From: Thermoplasmata archaeon
GTDB taxonomy: Archaea; Thermoplasmatota; SW-10-69-26; JACQPN01; JAJPHT01
Direction: 5' to 3'
Length of the DNA stretch: 50,945 nt
Assembly (NCBI GenBank): GCA_034667685.1
Contig: JAXDQU010000017.1
Span: 1-50,945 of the forward strand
The position numbers were made by a program, and so were the translations under genes. The notes beneath the pieces are model-generated. The model made no database searches and was not told the DNA's origin. It saw only the letters and a program-made list of their open reading frames with translations. Shown piece by piece: positions 8,307 through 18,359 of this stretch (position 1 is its first letter; each line of letters opens with the position of its first letter).

Positions 8307-9083
8307 TCATCCGGTTTCCGTCTTTCGTGGCCGAGACTGTTTCGAGTTCTCGTTCCTGCGCGACGGGTTGCCTTTCTTGGGGGCAGAGGGCTTGCGGGGC
8401 GCATGTCGCGCTAGATCGCGAAGCTTGCCGAGGCTGTCTGTCGCGGGCGCTGCGTGCTTCTTGGGCTTCTTCTTCGCGCGCTTGGCGTCGCGCGTCTTCT
8501 CGACGATCTCGCGCGCCGTCTCCGCGATGATGCCCGCCGGCTCGCTCTGCGCGAGCATGGAGCCGGTGAACGGCGCGGGCTCCGTGGCGGGGTCTTGGCC
8601 GGCGAGCATCGCGCCGCGCCACCGGGCGCGCAACGCCTCACCCCGGCCCCCGCGTTGGGCGGGCATCTTCTCGTCGCCCACGCGCGCCACAGCCGCGCGC
8701 AAGAGCAGCTCGAAGAAGGGCGCGTAGAGCAGGGGCCGGTCCGCTTCTTCGGCCACGTCGCGGCCCCAGGTGAGAAGGTCTCTTACTTCGTCTCGTGGCG
8801 CATATTCCACGAACAGGCTCAGGTCGGGCAGGATCGCCTTGGCGCGAGCCAAGCCCAAGCGGTGCGCCCGGCTGAACGCCTTGCCCTGGGCGCGATCCTC
8901 TGATCCAGAGGCTTCACGCACGCGCCGCACGCGCTTTCCCTCCGCGTCGCGTTCCTCCATCCACCGCGAGGGCGCCCTCTTGCCCGTGGCGAGGTCCCTC
9001 CGTTCGCGGGCGGAGAGGATGCCCCGCTTGGCCGGCGCGCTCTCCTTCCGTCCATCCTGTCGCCGCTTCGTGGGGACACCCAT
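8307..9083 (-). CDS. Hypothetical basic protein
   Basis: 258-aa ATG ORF with coding-like codon use, divergent from 9129. Confidence 0.55.
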   Translation of the reverse strand: MGVPTKRRQDGRKESAPAKRGILSARERRDLATGKRAPSRWMEERDAEGKRVRRVREASGSEDRAQGKAFSRAHRLGLARAKAILPDLSLFVEYAPRDEVRDLLTWGRDVAEEADRPLLYAPFFELLLRAAVARVGDEKMPAQRGGRGEALRARWRGAMLAGQDPATEPAPFTGSMLAQSEPAGIIAETAREIVEKTRDAKRAKKKPKKHAAPATDSLGKLRDLARHAPRKPSAPKKGNPSRRNENSKQSRPRKTETG

Positions 9084-9128
9084 CGTATTCCGTCGCTCCT
9101 ATCGTTTCCGACAGCACACAGGCAGAGC

Positions 9129-10064
9129 ATGAAAGAGGACCATCCCTCCTTCCAGACCGACGACAAGAACGCGAACGCCAACCCCTCCTCCCTCCTCCGC
9201 GGCACGCAGCTTCGCCCCGTGGCGCGCGGCGGATTCCGCGCGAAGCCCCGCCTCTCGTGCCCCTTCTGCGGAAAGATCGAGGCGAGCCCGACGAATCTCT
9301 GGCGCCACAAGGCCGCGTGCGAGAAGAACCCCAACCCGACGTGTGCCTATTGCTCGCGCCACTACACCGACTCCGAGCTTCCCCGCCACGAGCAGCGCTG
9401 CGAGTACCGGCCCACGCCGGATGACGTCGTGGCCGACGCGGAGCCGGACGCGCCCGAGGAGCCGGAGCCCGCGGCGCCCGAGCAGCCCGAGGTCGAGCCG
9501 GAGCCCGCGCCCGAGCCCACCAGGATCGTCATGACGACGCCCACGCCGCGCACCGCGACCGCACCCCAGCCCACCCCCGCGCCAGAGCGCGTCACGCTGG
9601 ACCCCGCCTTGGCAAGCGTGGCGATCCACGCCGCGGAGATCAACGCCCTGGGCGAGTCCGGGAGCCCCGCAAAGAAGCCGGCCCGGTCGCTCGGCGCCGC
9701 CCTCTCGGCCGTCGCCGCCAGTTTCACACCCGCGCAGGCCGACGCCCTCCGCCTCATGCTCCACATGAAGCGCGAGCAGGACTTGAGGGACACGCGAGAG
9801 GCCGTGTGGGGCGCCCTGATCGTGGGCGGCGCCGTGGTCGGGATCATCCTCCTGTTCGCCTACCTCGACGAGAGGCCGAAGGCGGCGCAGCCCACGCCCG
9901 CGGCGACGTCCGCCGCGCCGCAGACCCGCCCGCCCTACAACCCGACCTTGCATGGGAGCCTCGAAGCCTACCGCGCCGCCTACAACCACCTTCCCGCGCC
10001 CACTGTGGGCCTGCGCGACACCCAGCCTCCCGGCGTGGGGCTCGACCGCAGCACCACCCCCTGA
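9129..10064 (+). CDS. Hypothetical protein: two C2HC Zn fingers, Pro/Glu linker, one TM helix
   Basis: CPFC..H..C and CAYC..H..C; TM AVWGALIVGGAVVGIILLFAYL. Confidence 0.7.
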   Translation: MKEDHPSFQTDDKNANANPSSLLRGTQLRPVARGGFRAKPRLSCPFCGKIEASPTNLWRHKAACEKNPNPTCAYCSRHYTDSELPRHEQRCEYRPTPDDVVADAEPDAPEEPEPAAPEQPEVEPEPAPEPTRIVMTTPTPRTATAPQPTPAPERVTLDPALASVAIHAAEINALGESGSPAKKPARSLGAALSAVAASFTPAQADALRLMLHMKREQDLRDTREAVWGALIVGGAVVGIILLFAYLDERPKAAQPTPAATSAAPQTRPPYNPTLHGSLEAYRAAYNHLPAPTVGLRDTQPPGVGLDRSTTP

Positions 10065-10199
10065 GGGCGCCCCGCTCCTGTCCCCCCTGTTTTCTGTCCC
10101 CCGCTCCGGTGCCGCCCGGAGTCCCTTCTTGAAACGCCTCCCCACCAGGGAACCCCACGCTTCGGCATTCTGAGGGCGTCGCGTCAATACGCGCCGCGC

Positions 10200-10462
10200 T
10201 TCGATCCAGGCGCGATCACGAACCTCCCGCGTCAGGATCGAGCGCGATCCACCGCGTATCGAGTTCGATACGCGACCACGATACAGCGTGGATCGAATGC
10301 GATCCACCACGATCGGGATCATGGATCGAGTTCGATCCACCGCCTTGATCGCGCCTCCGAAGACGAATCACCCGGTTCGCAATCGCGGGGCCGGATCGCG
10401 CGATCCACCGCTTCCGACGGCTCTTGGATCTCGGTTTGGTGTCCCTCGTCCATCCTCCGATC
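10200..10462. repeat. GATC-rich array of palindromic direct repeats (iteron-like)
   Basis: GGATCG-N(2-4)-CGATCCACC at 10235, 10290, 10323, 10393; variant GTATCGAGTTCGATAC at 10256. Confidence 0.8.
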
Positions 10463-10591
10463 CCGGGGGATTCTGGCCTCGTCCGTCCCCACGGTCAGGA
10501 GTGCCGGTATCTTCCGCGGTGGAGAGGGTTTAGGGTCAAAGCCCGGCTGGAGGCGCGCGCTTGATCGGGGGCGAAGCGGCTGCGGCGCGAC

Positions 10592-11134
10592 GTGGGCGAC
10601 GACGCGACGGGCATCGCCTTGGGCCTCGACGACCTGCGGGAGGTCGCCGCGTTCGCGCTGGCTTGCGCGCAGCCGGCGCTTCCCCTCTTCGAGGGCGAGC
10701 GTCCGGCCGATCCGCGACCGCGCAGGGCGCTCGAAGCGGCGGAGGCGTTCGCGCGGGGCGGCGCGCGGACCCGGGCGCTGCGCGACGGGGCGTGGGGCGC
10801 GATGCGCGCGGCGGGCGAGGCGCGCGACGCCGGGATGCCGGCTGCCGGCGAGGCCGCGCGCGCCGCGATGGCCGCGGCCGGCGCCCCCTTCCTCCACCCG
10901 CTCGCGAAGCCGACGCAGGTGCGGCACATCCTCGGGTCGGCCGCGCACGCGGCGCGCGCGTTCGAGCTTGCCGCCGGGGACGATCCGCGCGTGGGCGCGG
11001 AGTGGCTGGAGCAGGCGCGGCGCCTGGCGCGTCCCGCGCTCGTCGGCGTCCTCGCGCGCTACCCGGCGGCTCCGTCAGGCGGCGGCCGCGTGGGGGAGCT
11101 CCTCCGTCTGCTGGACGCCGCGCTGCGCGGCTGA
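10592..11134 (+). CDS. Imm5-like putative immunity protein
   Basis: FALACA..ALPLFE..RPADPRPRRALEAAEAFARG; Ala-rich helical pattern of the family. Confidence 0.7.
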   Translation: MGDDATGIALGLDDLREVAAFALACAQPALPLFEGERPADPRPRRALEAAEAFARGGARTRALRDGAWGAMRAAGEARDAGMPAAGEAARAAMAAAGAPFLHPLAKPTQVRHILGSAAHAARAFELAAGDDPRVGAEWLEQARRLARPALVGVLARYPAAPSGGGRVGELLRLLDAALRG

Positions 11135-11186
11135 GCACCCCCGCGCGGCCGGCAGGCTCTTCCCCGCCCACGCCCGGTGCCTCCGC

Positions 11187-12485
11187 GTGGCCACGCTCCG
11201 CCGCGACCTCGGCCTCTGGTCGATGACGGCGCTTGGCGTCAGCATGATGCTGGGCAGCGGCATCTTCTTCGGCCCCTCGCTCACGGCGCGCGAGTTCCCC
11301 GACGCGCGCGTCGTGATCGCGCTCTGGCTCGCGGGCGGGCTCGTGGCGCTCGCGGGCGCGTGGGTGTTCGGGCGGCTCGCCGCGCGCCGCCCGCTCTCGG
11401 GCGGCCCGTACGTCTACCTGCGCGACGCGTATGGCGAGCTTCCGGCGTACCTCTACGCGTGGACGAGCCTCGTGATCATCGCGCCCACGAGCATGGCCGT
11501 CATCGCGGCGCTCCTGGCGTCGAACGCGAGCCAGTTCGTGCGCGTCGGGCCGGTGGGCCTCGCGATGACCGGCGCGTGGTTCATCCTCCTCTTCGCGTTC
11601 GTCAACCTCCTGGGCGTCAAGGCCGGCGGCCGGCTCCAGACGGCGCTCTCCGCGTTCAAGGTCCTCCTGGTGGTGGGCTTCCTCGTGGCGCTCGTCGCGG
11701 GCCTCCCCGCCTCGACGCTCGCGCCCGCGGCCGAGGGACCGGGGCGCTGGAGCCTCGCGTTCGTCGGCATCCTCTTCGCCTACGGCGGGTGGGAGTACGC
11801 CGTGCTCGCGAGCGAGGAGGTGCGCGACGCGGCGCGCAACGTCCCGCGCGGCCTGATGCTGGGCGCCGTCGTGGTCACGCTGCTCCACGTGGGCGCGGTC
11901 CTCGTCTACCTGCGCGCGCTGGGCGCTCCGGGCATGGCCGCGGCCACCGCGCTGGCGCCCGAGGCGGCCGCGCGCGTCTCGCCCGCGCTCGCGAAGCTCG
12001 TCGCCGTCGCGGTCGCCGTCTCGGCCGCGGGCACGCTCAACGCGATCCTGCTCCTGGGGCCGCGCGCGACCTTCGCCTTGGCGCGCGACGGCATGCTGCC
12101 GCGGATCCTGGCCGACCTCTCGCCGCGCGCGGGCGTCCCGTGGGCGGCCATCGCGCTGCAGGTGGTCCTCGCGGTCGCGTATCTCCTCGCGGGCGGGATG
12201 AGCCGCGTCGCCGCGACGACCGTCGTGGGCACGGGCGTGTTCATCGTGCTCTCCGCGCTCGCCCTGCTGCGCGACCGGAGCCGCGGCTGGGTGGGCCTCG
12301 CGGAGATCGCCGCGGTCGTGATCGTCGCCGGCACCTACACGTGGTTCCTCGTGCTGCTCGTGCGCGACGACATGACGACCGCGCTCCTGGGCCTGGGCCT
12401 CATCGCGGCGGGCGCGATCCCCTACGCCATCGCGCGGGCGCGCCAACGACGCGCGGTCCCGGAGGAGGCGCCCGCGGATGCCTGA
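11187..12485 (+). CDS. APC-family amino acid permease
   Basis: LRRDLGL..MLGSGIFFGP, PLSGGPYVYL, FAYGGWE..SEEVRD..RNVPR; ~12 TM. Confidence 0.92.
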   Translation: MATLRRDLGLWSMTALGVSMMLGSGIFFGPSLTAREFPDARVVIALWLAGGLVALAGAWVFGRLAARRPLSGGPYVYLRDAYGELPAYLYAWTSLVIIAPTSMAVIAALLASNASQFVRVGPVGLAMTGAWFILLFAFVNLLGVKAGGRLQTALSAFKVLLVVGFLVALVAGLPASTLAPAAEGPGRWSLAFVGILFAYGGWEYAVLASEEVRDAARNVPRGLMLGAVVVTLLHVGAVLVYLRALGAPGMAAATALAPEAAARVSPALAKLVAVAVAVSAAGTLNAILLLGPRATFALARDGMLPRILADLSPRAGVPWAAIALQVVLAVAYLLAGGMSRVAATTVVGTGVFIVLSALALLRDRSRGWVGLAEIAAVVIVAGTYTWFLVLLVRDDMTTALLGLGLIAAGAIPYAIARARQRRAVPEEAPADA

Positions 12486-13578
12486 GCGCCTCGCCCCCTT
12501 CGAGCTGGAGCGCTGGCTGCGCCGCCAGGAGAAGGTCGCGCGCTTCGCCATCGGCGGCAGCGGCGTGCCGCAGGCGGACCTCGCGCCCTTCGTGCCCGCG
12601 GACGTCGAGCCCCTGTGGCGCACGCACCCCGACGCGGCGAACCAGGCGCTGCGCGACGCCGTCGCCGCGCAATGGCGCGTGTCGCCCGAGGAGGTCGTGC
12701 CCACGGTGGGCGCCAGCGAGGCGGACATGCTCGTGGCGCTGGGCCTCGCGGGGCCGGGCGCGCACGTCCTCGTCGAGCGGCCCGCCTACCACGCGCTGCT
12801 CCAGCCCGCGCGCGCCCTGGGCTGCCGCGTCACGCGCGTGGAGCGCCGCGCCGCCAACGGCTTCCGCCTCGACCCGGGCGAGGTCGCGCGCGCGATCGGC
12901 CCGGACACGCGGCTCGTCTGCCTCGCGCGTCCGAACAATCCCACCGGCGCGCGCGAGGAGGACGCGGCGCTCGCGGAGATCGCGCAGGCGGCCGAGCGCG
13001 TGGGCGCGCACGTCCTGGTCGACGAGGTGTTCGCCGACGCGACGGAGGCCGGCGCCCGGCCCGCGCGCGCCGCGCATCCGCGCGTCATCAGCGTCAATTC
13101 GCTCACGAAGTGCCTGGGCTTCTCGCCGCTGCGCGTGGGCTGGGCGATCGTCGCGGACGCGGCGGCGCGCGAGGCGATCGACCGCGCCAAGGGCGTCGCG
13201 AGCGCGGCCAACGCCTCGCTCAACCTGCTCCTGGGCGCGCGCATCCTCGACGCGCGGCCAAGATTGCTATCGGCCCTGCGCGGGCGGCGCGCGGCGAACG
13301 TGCGCCTGGCGGAGCGCTTCGCGGCCGAGACGAAGGCCGAGACGACGCTGCCCGGCGCGGGGACGACGTGCGTGGTGCGGCTGCCGCCCGGCGCGCCCGA
13401 GGATATCACCTTCGCGCAGCGGCTCGCCGACGAGCGCGGCCTCGTGCTGCCGCCCGGCTCGTTCGTGGAGATGCCCGGCTGGCTGCGGCTGGGGCTCGTG
13501 GGTCCGACCGCGACGCTGGAGCAAGGCTTGGCCGAGCTTCGCGACGCGTGGCCTTCCGCCACCCGCGGCCGCGACTGA
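12478..13578 (+). CDS. PLP-dependent aminotransferase class I/II
   Basis: PNNPTG, VDEVF, SLTKCLGFSPLRVGW (PLP lysine); overlaps the permease stop. Confidence 0.9.
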   Translation: MPERLAPFELERWLRRQEKVARFAIGGSGVPQADLAPFVPADVEPLWRTHPDAANQALRDAVAAQWRVSPEEVVPTVGASEADMLVALGLAGPGAHVLVERPAYHALLQPARALGCRVTRVERRAANGFRLDPGEVARAIGPDTRLVCLARPNNPTGAREEDAALAEIAQAAERVGAHVLVDEVFADATEAGARPARAAHPRVISVNSLTKCLGFSPLRVGWAIVADAAAREAIDRAKGVASAANASLNLLLGARILDARPRLLSALRGRRAANVRLAERFAAETKAETTLPGAGTTCVVRLPPGAPEDITFAQRLADERGLVLPPGSFVEMPGWLRLGLVGPTATLEQGLAELRDAWPSATRGRD

Positions 13579-13580
13579 CC

Positions 13581-13669
13581 GCGCTTCGCTCTCCGCCAAC
13601 ACGCCATCACGCGAACACGCCGACACGCCGCGTGTTGGCGTCTTGGCGTGATGGCGGCAAGCGAAGCGC
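13581..13669. repeat. Intergenic palindrome, family A (CCAACACGC 9-mer units, GCTTCGC/GCGAAGC ends)
   Basis: Imperfect inverted repeat between convergent genes; homologous to 44232-44308. Confidence 0.85.
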
Positions 13670-13698
13670 CGCAGAGGACTGAACCGGGAGGTTGAGTC

Positions 13699-15843
13699 TC
13701 AGGCGCCGATCAGCGAGTGCGCGACGACCAAGGCAGCGAAGATCACCGAGATCGTCGTCATCGCCTTGATGAGCGGGTTGATCGCGGGGCCGGCGGTGTC
13801 CTTGAAGGGGTCGCCGACGGTGTCGCCCACGACCGCGGCCTTGTGGGCCGGGCTGCCCTTGCCGCCGTGGACGCCGCTCTCGAAGCTCTTCTTGGCGTTG
13901 TCCCACGCGCCGCCGGCGTTGGCCATGAGGAGCGCCAGCGCGAGGCCGCCCACGATGGTGCCGATGAGCAGGCCGCCCAGCGCCAGCGGGCCGAGGATGA
14001 AGCCCACGAGGAGCGGCGCGGCGACGGCGAGGAGGCCGGGCACGACCATCTCGCGCAGCGCGGCCTTCGTGACGATGGCGACGCAGCGCGCGTAGTCGGG
14101 CTTGCGCTTGCCGGCCATGATCTGGCCGTCCTTGAACTGCTCGCGCACCTCGAGCACGACGGCGTTCGCGGCGCGGCCGACGGCGGCCATCGCGTAGCTC
14201 GCGAAGAGGAACACGACCGCGGCGCCCAGGAGCAGGCCGCTGAGCACGTACGGGTTGCTGATGAGGAAGGTGAGCTGGCCGTTGACGTCGAGCGCGCTGG
14301 CCCAGGACGTGCCGGGCGCGGCGGCGCTGGCGTGGTCCACGAAGTCGGCGAAGAGCACGAGCGCCGCGAGCGCCGCGCTGCCGATCGCATAGCCCTTCGT
14401 TGTCGCCTTGGTGGTGTTACCCACCGCGTCGAGCGCGTCGGTGACCTTGCGGACCTCGGGGGGCAGCTCGCTCATCTCGGCGACGCCGCCCGCGTTGTCC
14501 GTGATCGGGCCGTAGGTGTCGAGCGCGACGACCATGCCCGCGACGCTGAGCATGCCCACGCCGGCCATGGCGACGCCGTAGAGGCCGAGCATGTTGGCGG
14601 TGTGCGCGTCGACGCCCGCCATCGCATTGTGGCCCAGGATGAAGCTCGCCACGAGCGCGGCCACGACGAAGACGACGGGGAGGAAGACGCTCTGGAGGCC
14701 CACCGCGATGCCCTGGATGATGTTGGTGGCGGGGCCGGTGACCGAGGCGTCCACGATGCCCTTGACGGGCTTGTAGCCCTGGCTCGTGAAGTAGTCGGTG
14801 ACGCCGAAGAGGAGCAGCGTCAGGACGAGGCCGATGACGGCGGCCCAGAGGAAGTTGATCGGGATCGCGGTGAACGCCCAGGCGTGGAGCGCCCAGAAGC
14901 CGATCGCTGAGACGACGACCGTCGCGATGAGGCCCGCGTAGAGCGCGTTCATGATGTTGCCGCTCGCCGGGAGGCGCACGAAGAACATGCCCACGACGGA
15001 GGCGACGATGGCGAAGGCGCCCATCGCGACCGGGAAGAGGATGCCCGTCTCGCCGAACTTGCCGAAGACGGCGGCGGACGCGGCGAGCGCCATCGCGGCG
15101 ACCAGCGTGACCACGTACGTCTCGAAGAGGTCGGCGCCCATGCCGGCGCAGTCGCCCACGTTGTCGCCCACGTTGTCGGCGATGACCGCGGGGTTGCGCG
15201 GGTCGTCCTCGGGGATGCCGGCCTCCACTTTGCCCACGAGGTCGGCGCCCACGTCGGCGGCCTTGGTGTAGATGCCGCCCGCGATGCGCGCGAAGAGCGT
15301 GATGAGGCTCGCGCCGAACGCGAAGCCGATGAGGTTGAGCGGGACCTTCTGGGCGTCGCCCAGCTGCCCCTTGAAGATCATGTAGAGCGAGGTGAGGCCG
15401 ATGATGCCCAGTCCCACGACCGCGAAGCCGTTGACGGCGCCGGCGCGGAAGGAGAGCGTCAGCGCGCGCTTCATCCCCTGGCGGGCGCCCTCGGCGACGC
15501 GCGCGTTGGACGAGACGCTGATCCACATGCCGATGTAGCCGGCCAGCGCGGAGAGGAGCGCGCCCAGCACGAAGCCGCCCGCGGTGTAGTACCAGAACGA
15601 GTCGGCCGTGGCGTAGCCCACGACGGCGAAGACGATCGTGAGGAGGACGGCGAAGATCGCGACCACGCTGTACTCCAGCTTGAGGAAGGCGAACGCGCCC
15701 TCGCGGACGGCGAGCTGGATCTCCTTCATGCGGTCGTTGCCCGCGCTCTGGCGCAGGATCCACGCGGCGATGAAGCCCGAGACGACGAGCGCGAAGACGC
15801 CCGCGACGGGAGCGAGGTAGAGGAGGGTGGTCGTGTCAACCAA
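13699..15843 (-). CDS. hppA: Membrane H+-translocating pyrophosphatase, K+-independent type
   Basis: [36 protein letters not shown] (Lys) marks the K+-independent type. Confidence 0.96.
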   Translation of the reverse strand: MVDTTTLLYLAPVAGVFALVVSGFIAAWILRQSAGNDRMKEIQLAVREGAFAFLKLEYSVVAIFAVLLTIVFAVVGYATADSFWYYTAGGFVLGALLSALAGYIGMWISVSSNARVAEGARQGMKRALTLSFRAGAVNGFAVVGLGIIGLTSLYMIFKGQLGDAQKVPLNLIGFAFGASLITLFARIAGGIYTKAADVGADLVGKVEAGIPEDDPRNPAVIADNVGDNVGDCAGMGADLFETYVVTLVAAMALAASAAVFGKFGETGILFPVAMGAFAIVASVVGMFFVRLPASGNIMNALYAGLIATVVVSAIGFWALHAWAFTAIPINFLWAAVIGLVLTLLLFGVTDYFTSQGYKPVKGIVDASVTGPATNIIQGIAVGLQSVFLPVVFVVAALVASFILGHNAMAGVDAHTANMLGLYGVAMAGVGMLSVAGMVVALDTYGPITDNAGGVAEMSELPPEVRKVTDALDAVGNTTKATTKGYAIGSAALAALVLFADFVDHASAAAPGTSWASALDVNGQLTFLISNPYVLSGLLLGAAVVFLFASYAMAAVGRAANAVVLEVREQFKDGQIMAGKRKPDYARCVAIVTKAALREMVVPGLLAVAAPLLVGFILGPLALGGLLIGTIVGGLALALLMANAGGAWDNAKKSFESGVHGGKGSPAHKAAVVGDTVGDPFKDTAGPAINPLIKAMTTISVIFAALVVAHSLIGA

Positions 15844-15904
15844 GATGGATCACCCAGCGGGCTCCAGGGAGCCCAGGGACGGCGCGCGATGCTGGAAGGG
15901 CTTC

Positions 15905-16789
15905 TTAGGCTTTTTGGGGGGCTTCGGCGGGTCGGCGCAGGCGCCGGGACCACGCCGCGACCAGGAGCCCGACGACGAGGAGCAGCGCGGCGCCGCCGGC
16001 CAGCGCCAGGAGAAGGCTCGCCACGTCCATCGCCACGAGGCCGAGCGCCTGCGCCCACGACATCAGCACGCCGCCCACGCCGAGCCCCGTGAGGCTCCAC
16101 TTGACGGGCGCCTTGCGCTCCAGCCGCTCCGCCTCGGCGTCGTGCCCTTCGAGCGCGCCCAGCACGCCCGAGACGCCGCCCGTGAGGTCGAGCGCGACGC
16201 CGGAGACGCGCGCGACGCGGCCTTCCTCAACCTCGCGCCGGCTGTGCCGCTTGCGCGCCTCATTCAATTCGCGCAGGTCGCGCAGCAGTTGCCAGATGCC
16301 GTACGCCGAGACGCCGGTGAGCGCGACCGCCACCGCGCCCGCCGCGGTGAGGAGCGGATTCCCTTCGACGCGCACGAAGAAGGGCGTGCGGGCCAGCTCC
16401 CCGCCGTCGGCGTCCAGGACGCGCGCCTCCAGGCGGTAGACGCCCGCGCCCACCGCGCGCAATGGCGAGAGGTCCACGTCGCGCGCGATCACCGTCGCGT
16501 TCCCCGGCGCGATCGTCGTCCCCACGTCGAGGTCGCGCGACCACGCGGGAACGCCCGCGCCCGCCAGCAGGATGACGCGCACCGCGGCCACGTCCCACGC
16601 GCGGTCGGCCGGCGCGGTGATCGTCACGCGCAGCGCAGCAGGCGCCCCCACGTCGAGCGCGAGCGCGCGGGACACGGCATCCGCATCGCGCACGTCGTGC
16701 CCGTCGAGCGTGACGACCACGCTGCCCGTCTCCTGCGCGAAGGCCGAGGGCGCCACGAAGAGCAACAGGAGCAGCCACGCGGCGCGCAC
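15905..16789 (-). CDS. Hypothetical membrane protein with signal peptide and Ig-like domain
   Basis: N-terminal signal, beta-rich ectodomain, three C-terminal TMs. Confidence 0.7.
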   Translation of the reverse strand: MRAAWLLLLLFVAPSAFAQETGSVVVTLDGHDVRDADAVSRALALDVGAPAALRVTITAPADRAWDVAAVRVILLAGAGVPAWSRDLDVGTTIAPGNATVIARDVDLSPLRAVGAGVYRLEARVLDADGGELARTPFFVRVEGNPLLTAAGAVAVALTGVSAYGIWQLLRDLRELNEARKRHSRREVEEGRVARVSGVALDLTGGVSGVLGALEGHDAEAERLERKAPVKWSLTGLGVGGVLMSWAQALGLVAMDVASLLLALAGGAALLLVVGLLVAAWSRRLRRPAEAPQKA

Positions 16790-16889
16790 GCGGGGTGCTC
16801 GCGCGGGCCGGTGCATGAAGCGTGCGATTTGCCCGCGGCGCGACGGATCACTTTGAAGTAGCCCGTCCCGGATGCGCGCGGCGAGCCCC

Positions 16890-18242
16890 ATGGCCGTGAA
16901 CCTCCGCGACCGGAAGTACGCCCTCGACATCGACCCGAAGGCCCTCGACGGGCAGGACGTGGTCGTGGCGGGCTGGATCCAGGAGACGCGCGACATGGGC
17001 GGGATCGCGTTCGTGATCCTGCGCGACCGCAGCGGCACGCTCCAGGTCGTGCTGCCCAAGAAGAAGCTCGATGCGGCGCTCGTGGAGAGCCTCACGAAGC
17101 CCAACCGCGAGAGCGTCGTCGCGATCCTGGGCACCGTGAAGGCGTCCGAGAAGGCGCGCAACGGCTACGAGGTGCTCCCCAAGGAGGTGCGCATGCTCAA
17201 CGAGTCCGCCGCGCCCCTGCCCATGGGCATCGTCGACAAGGTGGACGTCGACTTCGAGACGCGCCTCGACAACCGCTTCCTCGACCTGCGCAAGCCTGAG
17301 GTCCAGGCGATCTTCCGCGTGCGCAGCGCGCTCGTGAAGGCCGGGATTGACAGCTTCACGAGGCAGGGCTTCTTCCAGGTCCACACGCCGCGCATCATCG
17401 GCGCCTCGTCCGAAGGCGGCACCGACCTCTTCCCGGTCAAGTACTTCGAGAAGGACGCGTTCCTCGCGCAGTCGCCCCAACTCTACAAGCAGATGCTGAT
17501 GGCGACGGGCCTGGACCGCCAGTTCGAGGTCGCGACCTACTTCCGCGCCGAGAAGCACAACTCGTACCGGCACCTCAACGAGGTCACGGCCTTCGACGTC
17601 GAGATGGCGTTCGTCGAGAGCGAGGAGGACGTCATGAAGATCCTCGAGACCGCGGTGCGCGACATGTGGCAGGGCGTGCACGACCACTGCCACGCCGAGC
17701 TGAAGCTCCTCAACAAGGAGGTCAAGGTGCCGCAGCTTCCCTTCGCGCGCCTGACGTACGACGAGGCGCTCAAGCTCGTCAACGGCGCGGGCCGCTGGAC
17801 CAACGAGAAGGGCGAGCAGGCCCAGATCCCCTGGGGGGACGACCTCAACGCCGCGGCCGAGAAGATACTCGGCGAGGTCATGGCGGAGCGCGGCCACGCG
17901 TTCTACTTCATCACGAAATACCCGGAGACGGTCCGGCCGTTCTACACCTACGTGGACGAGGACGGCACGACGACGCGCAGCTTCGACCTGGAGCACGCGG
18001 GCCTCGAAGTGACCTCGGGTGCCCAGCGCCAGCACGACCCGCAGAAGCTCGTGCAGCGCATCGAGGCCAAGGGGCTCAACCCGGCCGACTTCCGAGACTA
18101 CCTCAAGCCGTTCCAATACGGGATGCCCCCGCACGGCGGCTTCGGCCTCGGCATCGACCGCCTGACGATGGAAGTGCTCAACCTCCCGAACGTGCGCGAG
18201 GCCGTTCTCTTCCCGCGCGACAGAACGAGGCTCGCGCCGTGA
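16890..18242 (+). CDS. aspS: Aspartate--tRNA ligase (archaeal type)
   Basis: OB fold AGWIQETRDMGG, LAQSPQLYKQ, FRAEK, GMPPHGGFGLGIDR, FPRD. Confidence 0.97.
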   Translation: MAVNLRDRKYALDIDPKALDGQDVVVAGWIQETRDMGGIAFVILRDRSGTLQVVLPKKKLDAALVESLTKPNRESVVAILGTVKASEKARNGYEVLPKEVRMLNESAAPLPMGIVDKVDVDFETRLDNRFLDLRKPEVQAIFRVRSALVKAGIDSFTRQGFFQVHTPRIIGASSEGGTDLFPVKYFEKDAFLAQSPQLYKQMLMATGLDRQFEVATYFRAEKHNSYRHLNEVTAFDVEMAFVESEEDVMKILETAVRDMWQGVHDHCHAELKLLNKEVKVPQLPFARLTYDEALKLVNGAGRWTNEKGEQAQIPWGDDLNAAAEKILGEVMAERGHAFYFITKYPETVRPFYTYVDEDGTTTRSFDLEHAGLEVTSGAQRQHDPQKLVQRIEAKGLNPADFRDYLKPFQYGMPPHGGFGLGIDRLTMEVLNLPNVREAVLFPRDRTRLAP

Positions 18243-18323
18243 GCGCGAGCCGAAGTGTGTCGCGCGGGATGGCCGCCGCCAGGGCGCGCAGCGCCCGGTC
18301 GGCCGCAGCCGAGGCGGCGAGCA

Positions 18324-18355
18324 TCCCCCGCGACCGCACGCGCCTGGCGCCGTGA
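18324..18355 (+). repeat. Displaced synonymous duplicate of aspS 3' end (PRDRTRLAP*)
   Basis: TC CCC CGC GAC CGC ACG CGC CTG GCG CCG TGA vs in-gene TC CCG CGC GAC AGA ACG AGG CTC GCG CCG TGA (18211-18242); offset 113 nt. Confidence 0.9.
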
Positions 18356-18359
18356 GGGC

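Noticed and set aside
8190-8495. Inverted similarity between the Lys-rich tails of convergent ORFs
   Set aside because: Explained by low-complexity AAG codon runs
2138-10075. CCCTGA(C)GGGCGCCC at ~2141 and ~10059 as attL/attR of the island
   Set aside because: Short, GC-rich and gapped match, expected by chance; no integrase or tRNA adjacent
10200-10462. CRISPR array
   Set aside because: Repeats are short and degenerate, spacing is irregular, spacers are themselves repetitive, and no cas genes are present
18211-18355. Archaeal BHB intron or DGR as the explanation for the aspS duplication
   Set aside because: The gene is complete without splicing and I see no clear bulge-helix-bulge. Differences are not confined to template adenines, and no reverse transcriptase lies in the window.
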